This document shows positions 41,185-51,359 of a DNA stretch of 64,000 nt, piece by piece. The notes beneath the pieces are model-generated. The model did no database searches and was not told the origin of the DNA. It saw only the letters and a program-made list of their open reading frames with translations. A program made the translations under genes and the position numbers. Numbering within the stretch: the first letter of the stretch is position 1; every line of letters begins with the position of its first letter. This DNA is from Mobula hypostoma (taxonomy: Eukaryota). The stretch covers positions 5,146,001-5,210,000 of the forward strand of contig NC_086108.1 of assembly GCF_963921235.1 (NCBI RefSeq). Reading direction: 5' to 3'.

Positions 41185-42380
41185 TAGTTCAAAGTTCAAA
41201 GTAAATTTATTATCAAAATACATATATGTCACCATCTACAACCCTGAGATTTGTTATCTTGTAGGCATACTCAATAAATTCATAACAGAATCAATGAAAG
41301 ACCAAACACACTTGGGCATTCAACCAGAGTGTAAATGACAACAAGCTGGAAATACAAAAATAAATCATCATCATCAACATTATCATTATGCATCATGTCT
41401 TATGACGTGGTGATCATGCTCTCATGACTATGATTGTTCTTGGAAAATTTTTCTACAGAAGTGGTTTGCCATTGCCTTTTACTGCAGACGGTGTCTTTAC
41501 AAGACAGGTGACCGCAGTCATGATCAATACTCTTCAGAGATTGTCTGCCTGGCATCAGTGGTCACATAACCAGGACTTGTGATGCACCGGCTGCTCGTAT
41601 GACCATCCACCACCTGATCCCATGATAAGGACGTATCTGCATCTGCAACCCGCTACCTGAAATAATAATAAATAAATAAATAAATAAGCAATAAATATCG
41701 AGAACATGAGATGAAGAGTACTTGAAAGTGAGTCCATTGGTCATGGGAACATTTCAATGTTGGGGCAAGTGAGGTTGAGTGAAGTTATCCCCTTTGGTTC
41801 AGGAGCCTGATGGTTGAGGGTTGTAACTGTTTCTGAACCTGGTAGTGAGAGTCTTAAGTTTCCTCCACCTTCTTCCTGATGGCTTCAGTGAGAGAGAGAG
41901 TCCTGGGTGGACAGGGGTCCCTGATGATGGATGCTGCATCTGTGTTCCATGTGGATGTGTTCAATGGTTGGGAGGGCTTTACCCATGATGGACTGGGCAG
42001 TATCACTGCTTTGTGTAGGATTTTCTATTCAAGGGCATTGGTGTTTCCATACCTGGCTGTGATGCAGCCAGTCAATGTACTCTCCACTGCACATCTGTAG
42101 AAGTTTGTCAAAGTTTCAGACGTCGTGCTGAATCTCTGCAAACTCCTAAGGAAGTAGAGGTGCTGCCGTGCTTTCTTCGTAGCTGTGTTTATGTGCTGGG
42201 TCCAGGACAGGTCCTCCAAAATAATAACATTGAGGAATTTAAAGTTGCTAACCTTCTCCACATCTGATCCTCTGAGAAATACTGGCTTATGGACCTATGG
42301 TTTCCTTCTCCTGAAGTCGATAATCAGCTCTTTGGTCTTACTGACGAATATGACACTGGAGCTGTGCTTGGCCACGGTCC
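41185..42380 (-). mobile_element. Rex1/Babar-like LINE 3' portion, with a ~290 bp (CAT)n-tailed insertion at about 41365-41655
   Basis: ORF 42025..42261(-) FKFLNVIILEDLSWTQHI...KKARQHLYFLRSL...FYRCAVESTLTGCITARYG. Tail (TTTGAAC)n. Confidence 0.85.
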
Positions 42381-42776
42381 AAGATTTACCAGTCAGAAGG
42401 TTGCAAATTGCAAATTGCCCCGTGTTAAATAGGTGGGTTCTCATGTAGCATGGTTTGTTAGGCCAGAAGGGCTTGTTTCACGCTGTATCTCTTTTTCAAT
42501 ATTTTTATTGATTTCTTACATAGAAGAATACAGAGTACAGTAGGATATAATATATCAATTAAAATATATTGGAATCACAAATATAGTCTCATTACTCCAT
42601 ATCTGTATAAATTAAATTTAAACATAATATTGAAAAGAGATCATTTTATTATACAAAAAAAATCTAAACCCACTACCAGAAAAAAAACAGCTGTTTGGTT
42701 AAAAAGAAAGAAAAGGAAAAAGTCCTTATCACATAATAAAACATACTGTTAGCCAACATCTATGCTTAATAGCAAA

Positions 42777-45700
42777 TCAAAGATTTTGAAAATAATTCAA
42801 AAAAGGTCCCCACAATGTTAAAAAATCTTGTCTCGGTTCAGAAATTGAACAGCGGATCTTCTCTAAATGTAAACATGACACAACATCATGTAACCAGTGA
42901 GTATGAGTAGGTGGAGAGGCATCCTTCCACTTCAGCAACAATGCCCTCCTGGCTATAAGAGAAATAAAGGCCAAAATATGCAAATCATGTGACTCCAGCA
43001 TAATATCATTTCCTCCAACGATACCAAATAAGGCAGTCAAAGGATTAGGTTTAAAATTTACTTTAAAAAGCACCAAAGAAGTTTGGAACACTTCCTTCCA
43101 ACATTTTCCAAGACTCGGACAAGTCCAGAACATATGGATTCGTGAAGCTTCTCCATTGTTACATCTATCACAATAGGGAGATATGTCCAAATAAAAACCA
43201 GACAGCTTATTTTTAGCCACTTTAAATTGTAGAAGGGAATGATGGGCACATAGCGATGAGGTATTAACCAATTTAAAAATTTCATTCCAAGTATCCTCAG
43301 AAATTGGAATCTGTAAATCTTGTTCCCAGAGATTTTTAATTTTCTAAAAGAATATTTCTCATTCCGAACAACATACCATAAATATTAGACAGAGATCCAT
43401 TATGGAAGGGTTTCAAATTAAAAATTGTATCAAGTAAATTCTTATCTGGACTTTTAGGAAATGTATGTAATTGAGAATGCAAAAAGTCGCTAATTTGTAA
43501 GTATCGAAAAAAGTGGGTTTTGGGTAGGCTATATTTAGCTAACAGTTGTTCAGATGAAGAGAGACTATCTCCAACAAACAAATCCCGAAAACGTTTCATA
43601 CCCAATCTATTCCACTCTTTAAAAACTACATCTGTCATAGGTTTAAAAAAATAGTTAGAAAAAATGGGACTTGAAAGTGAAAAACTCAATATACCAAAAT
43701 ATTTTCTAAATTGTACCCAAATCCTCAAGGTGTGTTTAACTACAAAATTATCAGTTAAATTACTTAAAGATAAAGGAATTGAGGATCCGAGAAGAGAAAT
43801 GATGGAAAATTTATTAACAGAATTATCTTCCAAAGAAAACCAGACCGGACAGTCCTCTCGATTAATATAATATAACCAAAACGTAAGAATCCGTATGTTG
43901 ACTGCCCAGTAATAAAACCTAAAATTGGGTAAGGCTAAACCTCCATTCTTTTTAGCTTTTTGAAGATGAACTTTATTTAATCGAGAAATTTTATTTTTCC
44001 ATATATAAGGAGATATAATAGAATCCAGAGAATCAAAAACGGATTTCGGAATAAAAACAGGTACGGCCTGAAATAAATATAAAAATTTAGGCAAAATATT
44101 CATTTTAATAGAATTAATTTGACCAATCAACAATAAAGAGAGGGGTGACCAATTTGATGGTGCCTTCTTAACATAATTCAGAAGTGTAAAAAAATTTACT
44201 TAAAAAAGGAATTTATAATTCCTGGTAATTGTTATGCCCAAATAAGTAAATTGATTTCTTACAATTTTAAAAGGAAGGTTAGTATTAACTAATACCAAAT
44301 TATACCAAGAAAAAAGTTCACTCTTATGAAAGTTAAGTTTATATCGTGAAAACTGACTAAAGCAGGAGAGTAAAGAGAGTACGGAAGGTAAAGAAGACTC
44401 CACATTAGAAATGTAGAGCAAAAGGTCATCAGCATAAAGCGACACTTTGCGAGTAATACCCCTCCTTAAAATACCAGTGATATCATTAGATTCCCAGAAA
44501 GCAATAGCTAAAGGTTCTAAGACCAAATCAAAAAGCAAAGCACTCAAAGGACAACCTTGTCTAGTTCTACGTTGAAGTTTAAATGGTTTAGAATTCTGGG
44601 AGTTAGTAAGAACCTGAGTGGTGGGAGATAAATAAAGTAATTTAATCCATTTAATAAAATCGGGCCCAAAGTTAAATTTCTCTAAAGTTTTAAATAGATA
44701 ATTCCATTCAACCTGATCAAAAGCTTTCTCAGCATCTAAGGATATCACGCATTCCAATATCTCTTTATTGACAATAAACTGGACTGGTCAAAGAACACCG
44801 AGGCCGTCTACAAGAAGGGTCAGAGCCGTCTCTATTTCCTGAGGAGATTGAGGTCCTTTAACATCTGTCAGACAATGCTGAGGGTGTTCTACGAGTCTGT
44901 GGTGGCCAGTACTATCATGTTTGCTGTTGTGTGCTGGGGCAGCAGGCTGAGGGTAGCAGACACCAACAGAATCAACAAACTCATTCGTAAGGCCAGTGAT
45001 GTTGTGGGGATGGAACTGGACTCTCTGATGGTGGTGTCTGAAAAGAGGATGCTGTCCAAGTTGCATGCCATCTTGGACAATGTCTCCCAACCACTACATA
45101 ATGTACTGGTTGGGCACAGAAGTACATTCAGCCAGAGACTCATTCCACCGAGATGCAACACAGAGCATCATAGGAAGTCATTCCTGCCTGTGGCCATCAA
45201 ACTTTACAACTCCTCCCTTGGAGGGCCAGACACCCTGAGCCAATAGGCTGGTCCTGGCGTAATTTACATATTATTATTTAATTATTTATGGTTTTATATT
45301 GTTATATTTATGCTCTGTTCTTGGTTGGTGCAACTGTAACAAAACCAAATTTCCCTCGGGATCAATAATGTATGACTACAACTATGACTATGAGAAGGAG
45401 AATAAATAACATTCTATAAATGACGAATATTAAAGTAGGAGTATCGATTTTTGATAAATCCCATCTAATCATCAGAAATAATAGATGGCAAAATATTTTC
45501 AATCCTACAAGCCAAAAGTTTAGATAGAATTTTAGTATCAACATTAAGTAAGGAAATTGGTCTATAAGAAGAACATTCAGTTGGATCCTTATTCTTTTTA
45601 AGAATAAGTGAAATAGAGGCTTCATAAAAAGATTGTGGAAACCTACCTAATTTAAAAGAGTCAGAAAGGACTGAATATAAGTGTTGTATAAGCAAAGAGG

Positions 45701-47140
45701 GAAAAGCCTTATAAAACTCTCCAGAAAATCCATCAGGACCCGAAGACTTCCCCAAGTGCAAAGAGTGAAAAACCTCGGCAATTTCCTCATAAGAAATGGG
45801 TTGATCCAGCAATTTTCGATTATCATCAGAAACTGTAGGAATGCTTAATCAATCTAAGAAATTAATCATTACAGTATTATCTTTAGGAGAATCGGAACTA
45901 TAAGGTTTAGAATAGAATTCTCTAAAAGTATCATTTATTTCTAAATGATCAGATGTTTTATCACCATTAGCTTTACAAATTTCTTTAATTTGGCACTTAA
46001 CTATAAAGGTCTTTAATTGGTTAGCCAATAGTTTACCCATTTTATCTCCATGAACATAAAATTGACTTTTATCTTTTAAAAGTTGAGTTTCAATTGGATA
46101 AGTTAAACGCAGACCGCATTTAGTTTTAATTTCAACACGTCTTTTATATAAAACAGGATCTGGAGCCAAAGCATATTTTTGGTCTAATTGTTTCAAATGA
46201 TTGCCTAATTCAATTCTCTCCTTATTAGCTTTTTTCTTAATACTTGCGGTAAAAGGAATAATTTGTCCTCTAATATAAGCCTTAAAAGCATCCCATAACG
46301 TAAGGCTAGAAGTCTCTTCTAGTGTATTCTCTTCAAAAAAAAAGTAATTTGTCTCTCCAAAAATTCTTTAAAATCCTTATCAGATAACAAAGTTGGATTA
46401 AAATGCCAGAATCTGTTTATTTGGGAGACACCCGGAAGATTTAAAGATAAAAACACAGGATCTGAAACAGCAATTTCTTTATATTCACAGGATTGAACCA
46501 ATGGAATCCATTGACTATCAACAAAAGAAAATCAATCCTGGAATATGTATGATGAACGTGAGAAAAAAATGAGTACTCTTTATCTGTTGAATGCAAAAAG
46601 CACCAAACATCAACAATATCACATTTCATTAGAAAAGATTGGAAAAGGAGGCAGATCTACTAAAAGTCAATTGTTTAAAAGATGAGCAATCTAAAACAGG
46701 GTCTAAACAACAGTTGAAGTCTCCTCCTAAAACCAGATAATACAGACTTAAATCTGGTAAAAGCAAAAGAAAGCACCTGGATCAAAAAAACCTGGATCAT
46801 CTATATTTGGGGCATACAAATTAGGAAAAACCATTAATTTATTATCTAATTTCCCTGACACTATAACAAAATGCCCATTGGTATCAGACACTACACTATG
46901 TTGAACGAAAGAAACTGAATTGTCTATAAGAATTGAAACTCCTCTGGCCTTAGCCTGAAAGGAAGAATGAAAAAATAAGCCCTTCCAATGGCTGTAAAGA
47001 CGTAAATTATCACATTTACGAACATGTGTTTCTTGTAAAAAAATTGAGACATTCAATTTCTTAATGTAATTAATTATTTTATTTCGTTTCACAGGATGGT
47101 TTAATCCTTTCACATTAAAACTAAGTAAATTAATACTTTA
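42777..47140 (-). pseudogene. L1-type ORF2 (endonuclease, RT, C-terminal cysteine-rich domain)
   Basis: KGLNHPVKR, FLQETH, YSRIDF, GPDGFSGEFYK, YRPISLLNVDTKIL, SLDAEKAFD, RQGCPLS, LYADD and CDRC...HMFWTCP, with many frameshifts. Confidence 0.95.
44769..45392 (+). mobile_element. Rex1-like LINE 3' fragment nested in the L1 RT, antisense to it
   Basis: ORF 44848..45246 FYESVVASTIMFAVVCWG...RKSFLPVAIKLYN. Tail (CTATGA)n. Higher GC than the L1 host. Confidence 0.9.
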
Positions 47141-47723
47141 ATTTACTTTTAAATATTGCTTAAAAGAGTGGTTAGAATAAAAACTGCTGGAATGTATATT
47201 AAATCCAAACAATGAGCTTTAAGATAAAGTAACCAAGCAACAAATGAAGCTAAGAGAACCAAACAGCTGATAGAAAAGAAGAAATCCACCCCCCACCCCC
47301 ACCCAAAGAGAGAAAGTCAACCAAAGGGCAGTCGACAGCTAAACCTACCAACATTTCCCTCCCAAAACAATCTACTGGCTGAGCTCCAAAAAATTTTGAA
47401 GGCTAACTGCATTCCAACAAGACACAACAAAAAACAGAGCAAAATTAAACTTATTTTAAAAAAGCCTCATGAAAAAATATAGTATAAAATATTAAAAAGA
47501 ACTAAGAAAATTCAGAACATATTAACTTGGAAAGTATTAACTCAATGAAAACTGACTGATGTTAAATCCTTAATTTTCTAAGCAAAGAAATAAAAGTACA
47601 AAAACAAATTAGATACGAAGGTATACCAAAAGTAAAAAAAAAATTGTTCATAAAAGGAAGTTAGACTGCTGATTCTAAAAAAAGGATCCATCAGGCAGAC
47701 ACAACATAGATTTATGTAGGGAA

Positions 47724-48518
47724 TTATTGAACAGTTAAACTTCTGATACTGATTCGGAAATTTAAAAAATCCTGCTCCTCTTGAGTCGAAAAGAACCATT
47801 TCTGAGAGCCATTTTTCAAAATGATTCTAAGACGAGCGGGGTAATGAAGAGAGGGTTTAAAACCTTTATTATACAATTCCGACATAACTTTTTTAAACTT
47901 GAAGCATTCATTCAACACCTCAGGTGAAAAATCCTCCACAATTCTGATCTTCTGGCCTTCATAATCAATTATTCCTTTTTTACGAGATTCATGAATTAAA
48001 AGTTCCTTTGTTTGAAAGTCATGAAGACAAATTATCACTGAGTGAGGTCGTTCACCTGGAGGGTCTATTTTAGGTGGAGATTTAAAAATATTTGGAAATA
48101 AGTTAGCAAAAAGGTTTGCAAAAAATTCCGAAGGCTGATTGCCCTCCATTAATTCCTTAAAACCCAGAATTCATAAATTATTTCTTCTGCTTCTATTTTC
48201 TAAATCGATAATCTTCTGTCTTAATTTTTCATTAATCTTTGACTGTTTATCACAGATCTTTTCCAGATCATCAATCTTCGCATCCAACATCGTCAAAGTG
48301 TCTTCATTCTCTTTTATCCATTTATCGTGTTCACTTAAAATTTTTTGAATAGAATCCAATTTTACATCCATTTGTTTAAATTCAGCACTGAGTTGCCAGA
48401 ATTTCTGCAGGAACTCCTCTGAAAGTTCATTTTTATGCTTCCAAAGTGTCTCTATAATAGATTCCAAAGTTATAGGAGGGTCCTCTTCTTTTTTAGTAGC
48501 TTTGGCACCCCTCATCAT
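47724..48518 (-). pseudogene. L1-type ORF1 (coiled-coil + RRM-like domain)
   Basis: IIDLENRSRRNNL, then after a stop IRIVEDFSPEV and YPARLRI. Confidence 0.9.
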
Positions 48519-49736
48519 AAAACAATATTGTGTTTAAAAGTAAGTTTTCAAAACAAGTTGGAAACAGTAAATTAAGTAGAGTAGGAACGACTATAAAAAC
48601 ACTGCTACTCCATCAACAGCCAGTAGGTTTCTTCACTATATCTCAATAAATAAAATAGATCAATAAAACACCAGTATCTGATGTGGTTGCACACATAGGA
48701 ATGTGTGAATCTCTCTGGCATGGTATGCCCTACAACATTCCTCCCTTGCCTCCTTGTCTCAGACAAGGTTGCTGTATTAATAGATTTGCAATACTTGCTT
48801 ACTTTTGTGTGAAATGGAGACATTTAGAGTCAGTGATTTGCTGTCAGCTGGGGGGGGGCATTTGATTCTGCTTTGCTTGACTTGACACTTCCAATTGATT
48901 TTTGTCTCTTCTGATGACAGCTCTGTCTTATGTTTTGCAAAAAAAGTTCATTAGCTATTGAGACTGCTGTTCATGCAGTGAGAAATGGTTGACTGTTGTG
49001 CTGAGGTGGTGTTATCATTACAGAGGACCTGTCCTGGGCCCAACACGTAAGCATGGCAATGTCTCTACTTCCTTAGGAGTTTGTGAAGATTCGGCATGAT
49101 TCTGCATCACTTCTATAGATGTGTAGTTGATTCCAGGGGTATCTCTTGCTGCAGGGAGCACATTTTATGCGTTGTTGTTGAAAACCTGTGGCCCAGCATT
49201 ATGGACAGAATCGATAAAAGATGACCAGTTTTGTACTGTATTTCTGTTATCAGAGATTCAAGGTACATTTATTATCAAAGAATATATACAACCCTGAGAT
49301 TCCTCTTCCCACAGACAGTCACGAAACGATGAAACACTATGGAACCCATTCAAGAAAAGCATCAAACACCCAAGGCGTAAAAAAAGAACAAATCACACAA
49401 ACGGCAAATACATATGAGCAAAAAATACAGAAAATTGAACATCAAACCACAGAGTAACTGAAACAGTCTGGGACTGTTCAGTTCAGTTCAGTTCAGTTCA
49501 ATTTGGCGCGGTGTTGTTCGTTGACTGCAGGCCACAAAAAGTGGCAGGTCGCAAAAAAAAGATCAAATCGCACAAATGCCATGAAAAAAGATGAGCAAGT
49601 AACACAGAATAGGAAACACAAAGACATCGAAAGAGCCCAGGCACGAGGAATTCTGCAGATGCTGGAAATTCAAGCAACACACATCAAAGTTGCTAGTGAA
49701 CGCAGCAGGCCAGGCAGCATCTCTAGGAAGAGGTAC

Positions 49737-49772
49737 AGTCGACGTTTCAGGCCGAGACCCTTCGTCAGGACT
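49737..49772 (-). ncRNA. Minimal type-I hammerhead ribozyme motif
   Basis: Minus strand: AGUC-CUGACGA-AGG GUCUCGG CCU-GAAA-CGUC-GACU. Stem I is AGUC/GACU, stem II is AGG/CCU, and palindromic ACGU replaces helix III. Confidence 0.8.
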
Positions 49773-50117
49773 AATTGAAAGAAGAGATAGTAAGAGATTT
49801 GAAAGTGGGGGGGGGAGGGGGAGATCTAAAATGATAGGAGAAGACAGGAGGGGGAGGGATGGAGCCAAGAGCTGGACAGGTCTCTCTTTCTTTTTTCTCC
49901 CTCTGTCCCTCTCACTATACCCCTTGCCCATCCTCTGGGGTTCCCCCTCCCCCTTTTTCTTCTCCCTGGGCCTCCTGTCCCATGATCCTCTCATATCCCT
50001 TTTGCCAATCACCTGTCCAGCTCTTGGCTCCACCCCTCCCCCTCCTGTCTTCTCCTTCATTTTGGATCTCCCCCTCCCCTCCCACTTTCAAATCTCTTAC
50101 TAACTCTTCCTTCAGTT

Positions 50118-50153
50118 AGTCCTGATGAAGGGTCTCAGCCCGAAACGTCGACT
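50118..50153 (+). ncRNA. Minimal type-I hammerhead ribozyme motif
   Basis: AGUC-CUGAUGA-AGGG UCUCAG CCC-GAAA-CGUC-GACU. Predicted cleavage is after GUC (50149). Confidence 0.78.
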
Positions 50154-50976
50154 GTACCTCTTCCTAGAGATGCTGCCTGGCCTGCTGTGTTCACCAGCAA
50201 CTTTGATGTGTGTGGCTTGAAAGAGTCCAGGCATATTCAGTTCAGTTCAATCCAGTCTCTTGCTAACTGCAGACTACAGACCTAGTCTATCCCGAACAAA
50301 ATTAAACAAAAAAAGAAGCGACCAGAAAGCAGAAACACATCATAACATGAACTACAGAGTCCAATCCACAAACTGCATCGATGAAAACTTGTTCAAGCCC
50401 CTGGACTCCAGCACAATCCTTCGGCAGCATTAAGCGAGAACGAGAGAGAGAGAGAGAGCGTTCACACTCAGGCACCTTCCTTTAGCAGCAATGAGTGAGA
50501 CAGAGAGATAGAGATACTGGTCACACGTCGACACCTTCCTCCGGGAGCAGCAAGCAAAGGGGAGAGAGGGAGAGAGAGAAACCGCTCACACGCAGGTAGA
50601 AGGGGCCTGTCCTCCGCTCTTGTCCTCTTCGATTTCAATCTTCCTCAATGCTTCAATCAGCGGGACCGGCAAGAAATGGAGTTGATCATGGGCGCGCACC
50701 CCGTCTCCAGCCTTCTTAGCCTCAAAGTCGCATGCTTTGTTCGAAACCCCGTCAAACTCCCTCAGAGACAGCAAATCACTAGGTCGCTCAATCAGCCCAA
50801 AATCACACCACCAAAATGTAGCTCATAAGCTCCAACAGGAGCAGAACCACAGCTGAAAGAAAAATGAAATAAAACAAGTGAAACAAGTAAAAGAAATTTC
50901 AGGAACCATTGTTCACTGGTGTCATCTTCTTCCAGAAGATGATATCCTCTTCCAGAAGATGATCAGAGATATTCGG

Positions 50977-51290
50977 ACCATAAGACATAAGAGCAAAATT
51001 AGGCCATTCAGCCCATCGAGTCTGCTCCACCACTCCATCCTGGCTGATATATTTTCCCTCTCAGCCTCATTCTCCTGCCTTCTGCCCGTAACCTTTGATG
51101 CCCTGACTGATTAAGGACCTTTTGAACTCCGCTTTAAATGTACCCAATGACCTGAGGCAATGAATTCCACAGATTCACCACCCTCAGGCTAAGAAAATTA
51201 CTCCTCACCTCTGTTCTAAAGGGTGTGCCTACTGGTCCTAGACTCCCCCACTGCAGGAAACATGCTCCCCACATCCCACATCCACTCTAT
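50977..51290 (-). mobile_element. CR1 3' end fragment
   Basis: CATAAGACATAAGAGCA..ATTAGGCCATTCAGCCC is the reverse complement of the CR1 3' UTR type seen at 40530-40609. Confidence 0.8.
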
Positions 51291-51359
51291 CTTGTTTGAT
51301 ATGAGTTCCTGTGCCAGCCAAACAGCTGCCTCTCAAAATTCATTCTTGCCTTGTTTAGA

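Larger units (their letters stand above)
42492..48636 (-). mobile_element. Essentially full-length, AT-rich L1/Tx1-clade LINE, decayed
   Basis: ORF1 and ORF2 are in order. AATAAA and an A-tail lie at about 42492-42510. Candidate TSD CTGTATCTC (42483-42491) / CTATATCTC (48637-48645). Confidence 0.93.
49644..50218. mobile_element. Palindromic non-autonomous Penelope-like element with inverted pseudo-LTRs
   Basis: ~215 bp inverted arms at 49667-49880 and 50011-50222. TSD GAAAGAG(C/T)CCAGGCA at 49629-49643 and 50219-50233. The arms are homologous to the PLE terminus starting at 51360. Confidence 0.9.
49250..50870 (-). mobile_element. Non-autonomous retroposon-like repeat with (GTTCA)n and (GA)n tracts; hosts the palindromic PLE derivative
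   Basis: The 3' tail resembles those at 34300 and 41190. The right boundary is uncertain. Confidence 0.5.
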
